Positions 17,820 through 27,974 are shown, counted from the first letter of the stretch. The stretch is DNA of 64,000 nucleotides from Candidatus Yonathbacteria bacterium RIFCSPHIGHO2_02_FULL_44_14 (GCA_001823535.1 MHUT01000006.1:27631-91630), one strand, 5' to 3'. Program-made: numbers and translations. Notes: generated by a model not told the origin, from the letters alone.

Positions 17820-18636
17820 AGGTAATGAGCATGTCTTTAATGAGAGCGTCGAGGGCTTCTTTTGTACGAGAATTATTATTGATTTCGCGCTTAACTGCAA
17901 TTAAAGTTTTTGGTTCTTCGCTGAGTATACGAATTATTTTCCCCCGCAATTCTCTGAATGATCCTTTGAATGTGCTTTGGCTCACGTAGTGCTTGCTTTG
18001 CGTGTTCGGATTTTTTCGTATAACTCTTGGCAAGTGTGTGCCATAATCCATGAGTGCATAATACCATTCGCACGGATTTTCGTGGTCAAGCGTTTGTTCA
18101 ACGAGCAATTTGATTTCCTCGTCACTTATTTTTCCAGTTGCCACCCTCTTGTTTCCGAAAAAATGATGAATGAAAACTCGGCGGATATTTGTTTCAATAA
18201 ACACCCGCGATTCGTCGTGCGCAAACGTAAGGATTGCATTTGCAGTGTAATAGCCAACGCCTGGGAGTGCGCAAAGCTCCTCTTCTGTTTTTGGTATGCG
18301 TCCTTTGAAATCAACTACAATTTTTTGTGCCGTATCGCGAAGATATCTTGCGCGACGATTGTACCCCATCCCCTGCCAGACGCGGAGAACCTCAGAAAGC
18401 GGAGCATTTGCCAGTGTTTCAATCGTAGAGAATGCCTCTAGAAATTCAGGGTATTTTCTTAGTACTCGCGCGACCTGCGTTTGCTGGAGCATTACCTCGG
18501 AAATGAGGATTTTGTAGGGGTTTTTGGTCTTTCGCCAAGGCAAATTATGCCTTCCTGAGTGCCTGTAGAAGGCGCAAATTTGAGACTGGAAGGCCTTTAT
18601 CCGTGCGGGGGTTAGTTTGGGTGATTTGCTCAACAT
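17791..18636 (-). CDS. mutY: A/G-specific adenine glycosylase (short, no Fe-S Cys)
   Basis: LPWR, ISEVMLQQTQV, WQGMGYNRRA, LPGVG, ALMDYG. Confidence 0.9.
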   Translation of the reverse strand: MLSKSPKLTPARIKAFQSQICAFYRHSGRHNLPWRKTKNPYKILISEVMLQQTQVARVLRKYPEFLEAFSTIETLANAPLSEVLRVWQGMGYNRRARYLRDTAQKIVVDFKGRIPKTEEELCALPGVGYYTANAILTFAHDESRVFIETNIRRVFIHHFFGNKRVATGKISDEEIKLLVEQTLDHENPCEWYYALMDYGTHLPRVIRKNPNTQSKHYVSQSTFKGSFRELRGKIIRILSEEPKTLIAVKREINNNSRTKEALDALIKDMLITYEKRKYKLA

Positions 18637-18668
18637 TTCCCTATTTTAGCACATCAGTGTAGACGGCT

Positions 18669-19256
18669 TTACGTGTGGACAATGGGATACTCTGCGAATT
18701 CGGGAAGTAAGTTTTTATCGTAGAGAAGTCGAGAAAATGCTTCAGCCTCATACTTAGCGCCATTAAGTCCGTGGTGGGGTTTTGGTTCCTCCGGAAGTCC
18801 GAGATATTTTAGGATAGTGTCGAGAGAAAGATCTGCGCGATCATTCTTGTGTTGTACTGGTACTTCCCGTTTGATCATATCCATATACGCCATCGAGTTG
18901 AGATCGAGAGTGCGATATGCAAAATGCCAACCGATGTGCGCGCGAGCGAACGAATCATTGAGGAAGTCTCGGTCAAACGATGGATTTTGCCCCGCAAGCG
19001 TTTTATCTCCACATTGCTCTATCCAGTGTAAAAAATTCTGCATTAGTTCGTCAAGTGAATGTTTTTTGGGGTCCATGCACTCTTGTTTTGTGAATCCGTT
19101 CACTACGAGTGCATCGCTCATAATATTTGCGCCATCCCACATGCGACATTCACCATAGAACTGTCGTTCCGGATGTTCGAAATCCACGGCACCGATGCTT
19201 AAAATCGAATGCTTGTGTGGATCGAGCCCCGTTGCTTCAATGTCTGCGACTATCAT
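18669..19256 (-). CDS. DEDDh 3'-5' exonuclease
   Basis: DIEATG, QNPSFD, HHGLNGA motifs. Confidence 0.88.
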   Translation of the reverse strand: MIVADIEATGLDPHKHSILSIGAVDFEHPERQFYGECRMWDGANIMSDALVVNGFTKQECMDPKKHSLDELMQNFLHWIEQCGDKTLAGQNPSFDRDFLNDSFARAHIGWHFAYRTLDLNSMAYMDMIKREVPVQHKNDRADLSLDTILKYLGLPEEPKPHHGLNGAKYEAEAFSRLLYDKNLLPEFAEYPIVHT

Positions 19257-19271
19257 AATCCACTTATTGTA

Positions 19272-20288
19272 TCACAAAGAAGAAAATTGCTTGTTTACCT
19301 GTCTTGTCAGAAAAATACTCTCGGTAAATCCCGCAGTCTCCCCCGAGAACCAGTCGTTTGCAATATAAAATTCAAGATCCTCTTTTGTGTGTGCGTCGGA
19401 TCCGCCAAGAGCAAGCCCCCCGTGTCTTTGTAGAATCTCTCGGAGGTCGGCACGCTCCTTTGCGAGTGCTTTTTCGCGGTCAGTGCCATACTCTCGGATC
19501 CCGTACACAACTTCTGCGCCATCAATTCTTTTTTCAGCCAGAAGTTTTTCAAATATTTCGAGTGGCATTTTTGAGCGAACCGTGAAGTAATGTGCGATGA
19601 CCGCAACACCTCCCGCACCGCGAATCAAGGCAACAGCTTGATCAAGGTCCGGCATGTATTCGTGCTCTGCGTAGCCTTCGCGAAAAGCATCAGGTGAAAG
19701 GAAAAGCACGTATGGGTAATTTCGCTCTCCTTTTTGCATCATATGTGCGTACCGTTCTTGAATAGCAGGGTTGCGAGAAGCCTCGTCTGCCATTTCGAGG
19801 CGAATTTTTTCCACAATAAGATTATTCTCTGGATATTTTTGGAGTGCTTGAACAATATGCGGGCGACCGACAGATTCCCCTCCCGACATCTGAAGGCAGT
19901 CCTCGGCAGTGATTTTGAATCCAAGTTTTTGAAGTTTAGACACCATTTCATTCATTCGCTTTATGCGCGCTTGCTGTGCAAGGTGACAGTGTTTAATGAG
20001 CGCTTCATTTGTTGGATCAAGAAAAAGGCCAATGATATGCATTACGCATGTTTCTGGCACGAGTTCTTTTGGAAGTCCAGCGGTAACCTCGGTCCCAATG
20101 ACCCATTTTGTTTTGCGACCGCGAAATGTTTCGAGCTCTGCTACTGTAGTTGGTGATGGTACCGCATCATGGTCGGTGTACGCGAGTACAGAAATGCCGA
20201 GGGACTCTGCGAGTTCGAAAAGTTCGCGATGTGAGAGTTTGCCATCAGAAAGCGTGGTATGAGTGTGGAGGGATTCGATGGCAGTCAT
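19272..20288 (-). CDS. PHP-domain phosphoesterase (YciV/TrpH-like)
   Basis: LHTHTTLSDG, TDHD, GRPH, GGSDAH. Confidence 0.9.
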   Translation of the reverse strand: MTAIESLHTHTTLSDGKLSHRELFELAESLGISVLAYTDHDAVPSPTTVAELETFRGRKTKWVIGTEVTAGLPKELVPETCVMHIIGLFLDPTNEALIKHCHLAQQARIKRMNEMVSKLQKLGFKITAEDCLQMSGGESVGRPHIVQALQKYPENNLIVEKIRLEMADEASRNPAIQERYAHMMQKGERNYPYVLFLSPDAFREGYAEHEYMPDLDQAVALIRGAGGVAVIAHYFTVRSKMPLEIFEKLLAEKRIDGAEVVYGIREYGTDREKALAKERADLREILQRHGGLALGGSDAHTKEDLEFYIANDWFSGETAGFTESIFLTRQVNKQFSSL

Positions 20289-20497
20289 AAGTAGCCCCAT
20301 TGTAGCATAGTGTATTTAATGATAAAAATTAGCACAGTTGACATAAAGTCAGACTTTGTGCACTATAATTCTTGCCGACACTGATTGGTATCGGTCTGTC
20401 TGGATGCTTTTTTAAGAACCTCTATTTGCTTATAATCCGAATGTTTCGGCCTAAGTGACTAGAAAATGGTAACAAGAATTTTTGAAAGGGGATAAAA

Positions 20498-20869
20498 ATG
20501 AAAGGGTTCATGCGCAGTCTTGTTAATCGCTTGATCACAAAAAATCGTTACGACAAGTTGCTTGAAATTCAGTTTCCAAATAATCGTGATGAGTTTTTGC
20601 GGTATGTCAAAGAAGATCTTGCGAGCGATGATGTCAATACTATGACACCAGAAACTCTCGGGAAAATTATGTGCCAGATTGATAATGGAGATGTTTCCGT
20701 GACAAAAGAAGAATTGTCTAATTTTGTTCAATTCTTGGGTAACTGTGATGAATTACTTCGTGAGATGGTATCACTTTGTCTTGCGTGTGTGATTTATAAG
20801 CACCTGAACGGCAGTTTAACGAGTACCCAGAACACCCAAGAAAGTTCTTTGCGGATCGTAAAAAAATAA
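20498..20869 (+). CDS. Hypothetical protein
   Basis: GAAAGGGG SD, upstream TTGACA, downstream terminator. Confidence 0.65.
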   Translation: MKGFMRSLVNRLITKNRYDKLLEIQFPNNRDEFLRYVKEDLASDDVNTMTPETLGKIMCQIDNGDVSVTKEELSNFVQFLGNCDELLREMVSLCLACVIYKHLNGSLTSTQNTQESSLRIVKK

Positions 20870-20885
20870 AAGCATGACAATTCAC

Positions 20886-20917
20886 CCCTTGGCCCAACTG
20901 CGAGCCAAGGGTTTTTT
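20886..20917 (+). terminator. Rho-independent terminator
   Basis: CCCTTGGC..GCCAAGGG followed by TTTTTT. Confidence 0.75.
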
Positions 20918-20924
20918 GTTTTAA

Positions 20925-21085
20925 GAGCCTATCCACTATCTCGTGGTACCCAGACTAGAAACCCATATTTTTAGGTGAAAAACAAGTCGGAGGCACGAAA
21001 CATAATGAATTATGTTTCGTGCGAGACGAAGTTTTGTAGCCCAAAATAATGGTTTCTAGGCAGGGGGAAGATAGTAGATAGGCTC
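20925..21085. mobile_element. MITE-like element, 161 bp, 17-bp terminal inverted repeats
   Basis: GAGCCTATCCACTATCT ... AGATAGTAGATAGGCTC (1 mismatch), internal nested palindromes, flanked by TTAA and CTAG. Confidence 0.7.
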
Positions 21086-21520
21086 CTAGAGTCCCTTGCA
21101 AGACGCAGACGGAGTGTAGCCTCGGGTTTCAGCTTCAATTTTTGATGCGAAATGAATGAGGTTTGTTTCTGCGATTTTTTGCACACCAGTGCACCACGGG
21201 TAGTAGTATTTTGTGCCATTTTTTGAGCCTACGAGCTGAGTTGATTGAGTGTTTATTATGCTTGCTGCCTGAGGGTTTTCAAATCCTCTTGCGGTGGCGG
21301 GGCTAAAAGTGTCGACAACAACCTCTGGGGTATTTTCGATGCGAATCGGGGTTTTCGAACCTTCAATTTTGGAAAGCCTACCGAGACCAAAAGACCCAAA
21401 AGCAACGAGAATGATAATGAGTACTAAATAAAGATCGTCCGGGATAGTGCTGAGGTTTGGTCGTCTAAAACCCCCAAACCCCTTGATTTTTTCTACTAAA
21501 TCTTTTATACTATGCATCAC
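21086..21520 (-). CDS. Membrane-anchored protein with C-terminal Ada-like metal-binding module
   Basis: TM helix, then GSKNGTKYYYPWC...F.S..EAE.RGY.P...C. Confidence 0.7.
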   Translation of the reverse strand: MMHSIKDLVEKIKGFGGFRRPNLSTIPDDLYLVLIIILVAFGSFGLGRLSKIEGSKTPIRIENTPEVVVDTFSPATARGFENPQAASIINTQSTQLVGSKNGTKYYYPWCTGVQKIAETNLIHFASKIEAETRGYTPSASCKGL

Positions 21521-21555
21521 ATTAATTATTAAGCATTATATAGCATTTTAACACC

Positions 21556-21828
21556 ATGGCAACACGAAAAGCCGGCGGATCCGCCAAAAACCTAACTGAT
21601 TCAGGACCAAAGTACCTTGGTACCAAGCTTTATTCTGGCGAGGTTGCCAAGGCTGGATCTATTATCGTGCGTCAGCGCGGTACAAAGATCCTCGCAGGTG
21701 CGAATGTTGCCATCGGCAAGGACCACACACTCTACGCCCTCAAGGAAGGCATTGTAGAATTCTCTGAAAAGCGCAAAGGAAACTTCGACGGCACAACAAC
21801 TCGCCGCAAGGTAGCAAGCGTTAAGTAA
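21556..21828 (+). CDS. rpmA: 50S ribosomal protein L27
   Basis: [23 protein letters not shown]. Confidence 0.97.
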   Translation: MATRKAGGSAKNLTDSGPKYLGTKLYSGEVAKAGSIIVRQRGTKILAGANVAIGKDHTLYALKEGIVEFSEKRKGNFDGTTTRRKVASVK

Positions 21829-21837
21829 AACTCTCAA

Positions 21838-21873
21838 ATAAGAAAACCGCACAGTGATGTGCGGTTTTCTTAT
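21838..21873. terminator. Bidirectional terminator
   Basis: ATAAGAAAACCGCACA/TGTGCGGTTTTCTTAT between convergent genes. Confidence 0.8.
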
Positions 21874-21878
21874 CTAAA

Positions 21879-22355
21879 TCACTGGACTAATCTTGATCTC
21901 AGTTTCATATAAAGTTTACCGAGTTCATTATTTCCTGTTCCGTCAGGTCCGATTCCCCAAAAACTATCTATCGGTGAATTTTCTACAATCGTTCGCCCTC
22001 CTGTTTCAAGAAGAACCCTTCTTATTTTTTCATGCTGTTCAATTTTTGCTATAAGAATTTCTTCCATTATCGCCACCTTATTATCGTGCCATTCTTTAGT
22101 AACTTTGTCTTTATTTTCATTCGCTATTTTTATTGCCATGTTCGGGCTTGTTGCTTCGAAAATTTGTCCAGCAATATTTGGATAAGAATCAATATACTTT
22201 TTCCACTGATAAGCGTGCTCTGCGGTTTGAAATTCTCTTCCCCAAAGTTGCACAACAAAAGCTGAAAAATTATCTAAGGGGTAAAACGGAGGCGTGTAGA
22301 AATATACAGCATCATCTGTCTCCTTGTTAAAGTCATTAGAGGGATACTTGTTCAT
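21879..22355 (-). CDS. NADAR (YbiA/RibX-like) protein
   Basis: LDNF, TAEHAYQ..K, LLETG..IVENSP.DSFWG, NELGKLYM. Confidence 0.9.
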   Translation of the reverse strand: MNKYPSNDFNKETDDAVYFYTPPFYPLDNFSAFVVQLWGREFQTAEHAYQWKKYIDSYPNIAGQIFEATSPNMAIKIANENKDKVTKEWHDNKVAIMEEILIAKIEQHEKIRRVLLETGGRTIVENSPIDSFWGIGPDGTGNNELGKLYMKLRSRLVQ

Positions 22356-22367
22356 TTTGAGTTCGAA

Positions 22368-22811
22368 CTAGATTAACGCCTCTACCACCACTGTAAATGC
22401 CACGCGGTTTTTTTCAATCACCACGGGGATTTCGTAGGTACCGAGTTCTTTGAGCGGGCGGTCTAGGATGACGTAATCGGGATGCATATCGAGATGCGCG
22501 GAGCGCTTGAGCTCAGCCAAAACTTCGTCTTTGTGAATGCTTGCAAAAAGGTGTCCTTTTTCGTTTGCTTTACCACGGAGAGTAATCGTTGCGCCTGAAA
22601 TAGCTTCAAGATTTTTCATTAAAAGTTCAGTGTGAACTTTTTTCATTGTTGCATCAGTTGCCATCTTTCCTTGAATGCGCGCGAGAACCTCTTTTGTTGC
22701 AGGCTCGGCGAGCTTTTGCGCAACAAGGTGTCTGCCATACCCGTCGGCAACTTCTTTCACTTCATATTTTTTGCCAGTTCGCGGTACGTCTCTTAAGAAT
22801 ATGATCTTCAT
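22368..22811 (-). CDS. rplI: 50S ribosomal protein L9
   Basis: MKIIFLRDV..G..EVADGYGR, GHLFASI. Confidence 0.95.
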   Translation of the reverse strand: MKIIFLRDVPRTGKKYEVKEVADGYGRHLVAQKLAEPATKEVLARIQGKMATDATMKKVHTELLMKNLEAISGATITLRGKANEKGHLFASIHKDEVLAELKRSAHLDMHPDYVILDRPLKELGTYEIPVVIEKNRVAFTVVVEALI

Positions 22812-22812
22812 G

Positions 22813-24039
22813 TTATCTTTTGTAGTTCGGGTCTAATAAAATCGCTACAGCTTTTTCCATCTGCGGGTCAAGTTTCTTTTCAATATCTTTTTTGGTGACA
22901 GTGACTTTGTAGTCTGGTTCTAGGCCATTCTCAGAAATTGACTTTCCTTTTGGTGTAAGCCAGCGGGCGATGGTGACCTTGAGCGAAGTTTCTGGTGTGA
23001 TTTCAATGAGCTCCTGCACCGACCCTTTGCCGAAACTTTTTTCTCCGACGAGCTTCGCGATATTGTGCTCGCGGAGTGCGCCCGCAAGAATCTCCGAAGC
23101 TGAAGCTGAGCCTTCGTTGATGAGAATTACCATTTTTAGATTTTCGTTAAACACATCATACCCTCTGCTCCGCTCTGATTTTTGTTTTACTTTTACACCG
23201 CTATCTTCGATAACAATCGTCTTACCTAAGGGCAAAAAGAAGCTAGCCATATCAACCGAGGCTTCAAGGTATCCGCCTGGGTTATTGCGCAGATCCAGAA
23301 CAAGTTTGTCAGAACCCGACTCAATAAATTCTCGAAGCGCACCACGGAACAAGGATGCCGAGTTTGAAGAAAAATTGTAAAGTGAAATCACAAAAACGCC
23401 ATCATCGCGAAGTTTTGTGTCGATGGTTGGAATATTAATGACATCACGTTCGACTTTAATATCCTCCACTCCCCCGTTTCGTTTTATGACCAGGGTAACA
23501 GTCGTCCCGCGCGGTCCGCGGATGTTCTTGATTGCTTCTTCGACGGTCATGCCGTTCGTGAAGACTTTATCTATCTTCAAGATTTGATCGCCGGGTTTTA
23601 TTCCCGCTCGTTCCGCCGGTGTGTCTTTGAGCGGCGCGACAACGGTAAGAATTTTGTCTTTGATGGCAATCTCCATTCCAACTCCTTCAAAATTCCCGCG
23701 AACCTCTTCTTCAAATGCTGTTGCCTCTTTTGGTGGGAAAAAGGTTGTATACGGGTCTCCGTACGAAGCGGTCAAGCCTTCTATCGCACCCCATACCTTG
23801 TCTTTGTCGCTTGGGACAGATGACGAGGCAGTTGTCGCGATGAATTTACTGTTGAGTATCTCAAGCGTTTTCCAAAATGGCTGGAGGTCCAACGCTTCAA
23901 TAGATGCAAGATTGGAATCCTGTGGTGTATTTACATAGCCGACCCTTTTTTGTCCAACTTGTATTCCCGCACCAAATGCTCCAATAACGCCAATAATTGA
24001 AAGTATGACAAGGGTTGATTTGCGAATAGATGACTTCAT
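22813..24039 (-). CDS. S41 carboxy-terminal processing peptidase (PDZ)
   Basis: DPYT, GVGME, LDLRNNPGG, SASASE, GKGSVQ. Confidence 0.93.
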   Translation of the reverse strand: MKSSIRKSTLVILSIIGVIGAFGAGIQVGQKRVGYVNTPQDSNLASIEALDLQPFWKTLEILNSKFIATTASSSVPSDKDKVWGAIEGLTASYGDPYTTFFPPKEATAFEEEVRGNFEGVGMEIAIKDKILTVVAPLKDTPAERAGIKPGDQILKIDKVFTNGMTVEEAIKNIRGPRGTTVTLVIKRNGGVEDIKVERDVINIPTIDTKLRDDGVFVISLYNFSSNSASLFRGALREFIESGSDKLVLDLRNNPGGYLEASVDMASFFLPLGKTIVIEDSGVKVKQKSERSRGYDVFNENLKMVILINEGSASASEILAGALREHNIAKLVGEKSFGKGSVQELIEITPETSLKVTIARWLTPKGKSISENGLEPDYKVTVTKKDIEKKLDPQMEKAVAILLDPNYKR

Positions 24040-24189
24040 GAAGTGTAGTATCGCAAAAGTTTACTGTCTGGTCAAACTTCTTTGCCGTTTTTCACAAATC
24101 TACGCTACCGTGTGGGTTTGCGAAAAACATGGAAGTTAAAGGGTAAGTCATATTGAATATTGAATATTGAAATGCTACACTATCCATAT

Positions 24190-25107
24190 ATGATTTCTCG
24201 ATATACCTACAAGGACATTGTTTGGGTCGATGTGCAGTCACCAACGCAAGATGAAGTTCGCGGACTCATGGACGAGTTCGGTATCCACCCTCTCGTTGCT
24301 CAGGAGCTTTTAGGGCCAACGCTTCGCCCCAAAGTGGATCTTTATCACGATTTTATTTACCTTATACTCCATTTTCCAACCATTACCCACAAGCATGATG
24401 GTGGAGAGGACCAAGAAATCGATTTTATTATTGGAAAGAAGTTTATCATTACGGCACATTACGATCACATTGATCAATTGCACGAATTTTCTAAAGTATT
24501 TGAAGTGAGCTCAATCCTCGATAAATCAAATATGGGTGACCATGCGGGATTCATCCTTTTCTATATCTTGAAAGATCTGTACAAAATGCTTGACGGCGAG
24601 CTTGAGCATATCAATCACGACTTCAACGAGATCCAGTCAAATATTTTTAACGGTAAGGAGCGCGACATGGTGAATTCCATTTCGCATATTAATCGTGACC
24701 TTTTGAATTTTAAACAAATATTGCGTCCCCACAAGGAAGTCCTTGAGTCATTCGAGATTGCGGGCACCAAATTCTTTGGCGAGGAATTTTCATACTACTT
24801 GCGAACTATTGTTGGAGAGTTCTACAAGATCTCCTCGATTCTCGACGGGCACCGCGAGACGGTGCTTGACCTTCGTGATACAAATGATTCTCTGCTAACG
24901 ACAAAAACAAACGATATCATGAAAACGCTCACCATCACCGCGTTTATTCTCCTTCCCCTCACCTTTATTGGCCAACTCTTTGGTATGAGTGTTGCGCACA
25001 TACCATTTGCAAGTAATCCCAATGCGTTTTGGATCATTTTGGTTACCATGGTCGTCGTGGGTTTCTGTCTCTTTGGTTACTTCAAGTTTTTCAAGAAATG
25101 GATGTAA
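24190..25107 (+). CDS. corA: CorA-family Mg2+/Co2+ transporter
   Basis: RPKVD, MKTLT..LPLTFI..FGMS (GMN-like), two C-terminal TMs. Confidence 0.88.
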   Translation: MISRYTYKDIVWVDVQSPTQDEVRGLMDEFGIHPLVAQELLGPTLRPKVDLYHDFIYLILHFPTITHKHDGGEDQEIDFIIGKKFIITAHYDHIDQLHEFSKVFEVSSILDKSNMGDHAGFILFYILKDLYKMLDGELEHINHDFNEIQSNIFNGKERDMVNSISHINRDLLNFKQILRPHKEVLESFEIAGTKFFGEEFSYYLRTIVGEFYKISSILDGHRETVLDLRDTNDSLLTTKTNDIMKTLTITAFILLPLTFIGQLFGMSVAHIPFASNPNAFWIILVTMVVVGFCLFGYFKFFKKWM

Positions 25108-26468
25108 CCCTCTTCAATACCCTGACGCGCTCGCTCGAGAAATTTGTGCCACTTCATGAACGCGAAGTGCGAATGTATCACTGCGGGCCCACTGTATACG
25201 ATTTTGCGCATATTGGAAACCTCCGCACTTTTATTGTGAACGATATTTTGCGGCGTACGCTTGAGTATGCTGGCTATGAAGTAAATCAGGTGATGAACAT
25301 CACTGATGTCGACGATAAAATGATTGCCCGCGCAAGGGAGGAAGGCGTGTCGATTCAGACACTTGCACGCGAGTACACCAATTTTTTACTTGCGGACTTT
25401 AAGGCGCTAAATATTATTACTCCACACCATCTACCGCGAGCGACGGAGCATGTTGGCGGTATGACAGTAATGATTGAAAAACTATTGCGTGATGGGTTCG
25501 CGTATGTTGCTTCTGACGGTGTATATTTTGAAGTCGCTAAAGCAAAAAATTACGAAACGCTTGCTCATCTTAATCTTGATGCCGAGACCGAGGCACGCGT
25601 AGAGAGCGCGCGCGACAAAAAATCACCGCGCGATTTCGCGCTTTGGAAATTTGAAACGTCTGATGATCATAACACTGCATATGACGCATCGTTTGGGCGC
25701 GGTCGCCCTGGCTGGCATATTGAATGTTCCGAAATGGCACGCGATGCACTTGGAGAAACAATAGATATTCACACGGGCGGCGTGGATCTTATTTTTCCAC
25801 ACCATACAAACGAGATTGCACAGTCGGAAGCTGCAAACGGGAAACCGTTCGTTAAGGTATGGGTTCATACGGAGTTTGTGATGATTGACGGGCAGAAAAT
25901 GTCAAAGTCGCTCGGGAACCACACAACTTTAAAAACTGTAGTAGAGAAAGGGTTTTCTCCGTTCGCCTTCCGATATTTTGTTCTCGGCGCAAACTATCGC
26001 TCTAAGCTTAATTTCACATGGGAAGGGGTCGAAGGTGCACAAACAGCACTTACTCGACTTGAGAGTCATATCGGAGCCGATGTGGGTACTATTAACGCAG
26101 ACTACCAAAAGCGTTTTATGGAAACAATCACCGCAGACCTCGACACCCCTCGCGCTCTTGCGCTTGCATGGGAAGTTGCAAAAGACAATTCCCTCTCTAT
26201 TGCCGACAAAACCGCAACACTTCTCGACTTTGACCGCGTGTTTGGGCTAGGACTCGCATCCGAATCAGCAGATTCGCGTCTTGGACGGAGAATAAAAAGC
26301 GTCATCCCGGCAAATATTGAGGCGCTCGCCCGCATGCGAGAGGCTGTACGTCTCGCCAAAAATTGGGCAGAGTCCGATAAAATCCGCGTCGAAATCAATT
26401 CTCTCGGTTGGAACATCGAGGACACCGATAAAGGCCCTAAAATCTCAAAATTAGACCGCAAGCAATAG
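25098..26468 (+). CDS. cysS: Cysteine--tRNA ligase
   Basis: CGPTVY, HIGN, GRPGWHIEC, FPHH, KMSKS. Confidence 0.96.
   Translation: MDVTLFNTLTRSLEKFVPLHEREVRMYHCGPTVYDFAHIGNLRTFIVNDILRRTLEYAGYEVNQVMNITDVDDKMIARAREEGVSIQTLAREYTNFLLADFKALNIITPHHLPRATEHVGGMTVMIEKLLRDGFAYVASDGVYFEVAKAKNYETLAHLNLDAETEARVESARDKKSPRDFALWKFETSDDHNTAYDASFGRGRPGWHIECSEMARDALGETIDIHTGGVDLIFPHHTNEIAQSEAANGKPFVKVWVHTEFVMIDGQKMSKSLGNHTTLKTVVEKGFSPFAFRYFVLGANYRSKLNFTWEGVEGAQTALTRLESHIGADVGTINADYQKRFMETITADLDTPRALALAWEVAKDNSLSIADKTATLLDFDRVFGLGLASESADSRLGRRIKSVIPANIEALARMREAVRLAKNWAESDKIRVEINSLGWNIEDTDKGPKISKLDRKQ
26261..26287 (+). repeat. Hairpin repeat family copy (inside cysS)
   Basis: CGAATCAGCAGATTCGCGTCTTGGACG, identical to 29696-29722. 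Confidence 0.9.
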
Positions 26469-26561
26469 CTTTTGTGTCATAATTTTCTATCCACCGCTTA
26501 TCCCCGTCCTTTTCCACCGCTTTATTTTTTGGGATGATGAACCTGTGCTAGAATGACCCGT

Positions 26562-27974
26562 ATGACAAGCAAACAGCAGACACCTGACCGACAATTTAAA
26601 TCGCGCGAGCTTCGCATCCCTCCCCAGAATATTGAAACCGAAAAGGCTCTTTTGGGTGCGCTGATGCTTCGCCCTGAGGGTATGTACGACGTGGGCGATA
26701 TGCTGACTCGCGATTCCTTCTATGTAGACAAGCACCGCATGCTTTTTGATGCGATGATCGAGCTCCACACGCGCCATGAGCCTATCGACCTCCTCTCTGT
26801 GTCCACGCGCCTCAAGGAGCGAGGCAAGTTTGACAGCATTGGCGGTGGCAGTTATTTGGCAGAGCTTGTCGACGCTGTCCCGTCTTCTACAAATGCAAAG
26901 CACTATGCTGAAATAATACAGCGAAAATATATTTTGCGTGCGCTCATAGAAGCCGCGGCTCACATCTCGGAGCTTGGCTACAACGAAGCCGAGGCAATAG
27001 AGAGTGTGCTCGACGAAGCAGAAAAGAAAATATATTCGATTACAAACTCAAGTGTCACCAAAAAGTTTGTCAGCCTAAAAGACACTCTTGACGAGGCATG
27101 GGAGCGCCTCGACAAAATGCACAAAGATGGCGGTGAGCTCCGCGGTGTTCCATCTGGTTTCCCCGCGCTCGACACACTCCTTTCTGGTTTTCAAAAATCC
27201 GACCTCATTATTCTCGCGGCACGTCCTTCGATGGGTAAGACGACGCTCGCACTCGACATCGCACGCCAAGCTGCAATTCACCACAATGTACCCGTAGGTA
27301 TCTTCTCCCTCGAAATGAACACGCAACAGCTTGTAGACCGTATGCTTTCCGCAGAGGCGCGTGTGAACGCATGGAAGCTCCGCACAGGGAAGCTCTCACT
27401 TGATGAAGACTTCGATAAGCTTCGCGGTTCGCTTGAAAAACTCTCCAAAGCACCAATCTTTATCGACGACCAGTCGGGCAATACTATTATGAAAATGCGT
27501 TCTGCTGCGCGAAAGCTCAAAAGCGAGCACGGACTCGGACTCATTATCGTTGACTATCTTCAACTCATGAACACATCGAAGCACTACGATTCTATGGTAA
27601 ACCAGGTGACCGAAATTTCACACTCACTCAAGGCTCTCGCAAAGGATCTTGACGTGCCAGTCATCGCCCTATCACAGCTTTCTCGTGCTCTAGAGTCTCG
27701 CGGTGGCAAACCAAAGCTCTCCGACCTCCGTGACTCGGGTTCCATCGAGCAAGACGCTGATATCGTTATGTTTATTCACAGAGAAGACAAGATGGACAAA
27801 AACGCAGAGAAGACAAACATTGCAGAAATCATTGTCGAGAAGCACCGAAACGGTCCTGTTGGCTCCATTCAGCTTTACTTTGATGAGGAGAAGTCCACGT
27901 TTATGTCAATCGACAAACAGCATGATTATGGAGCTAGTTCGCGCAACGCTGGAGGAAACTTTGAGGATTTTTAA
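26562..27974 (+). CDS. dnaB: Replicative DNA helicase
   Basis: PPQN, AARPSMGKT, VDYLQL, LSQLSR, DLRDSGSIEQDAD, KHRNGP. Confidence 0.97.
   Translation: MTSKQQTPDRQFKSRELRIPPQNIETEKALLGALMLRPEGMYDVGDMLTRDSFYVDKHRMLFDAMIELHTRHEPIDLLSVSTRLKERGKFDSIGGGSYLAELVDAVPSSTNAKHYAEIIQRKYILRALIEAAAHISELGYNEAEAIESVLDEAEKKIYSITNSSVTKKFVSLKDTLDEAWERLDKMHKDGGELRGVPSGFPALDTLLSGFQKSDLIILAARPSMGKTTLALDIARQAAIHHNVPVGIFSLEMNTQQLVDRMLSAEARVNAWKLRTGKLSLDEDFDKLRGSLEKLSKAPIFIDDQSGNTIMKMRSAARKLKSEHGLGLIIVDYLQLMNTSKHYDSMVNQVTEISHSLKALAKDLDVPVIALSQLSRALESRGGKPKLSDLRDSGSIEQDADIVMFIHREDKMDKNAEKTNIAEIIVEKHRNGPVGSIQLYFDEEKSTFMSIDKQHDYGASSRNAGGNFEDF

Noticed and set aside
21879-22355. NADAR as antitoxin of a DarT-type system
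   Set aside because: No ADP-ribosyltransferase neighbour, and it sits directly downstream of rplI like a standalone housekeeping gene.
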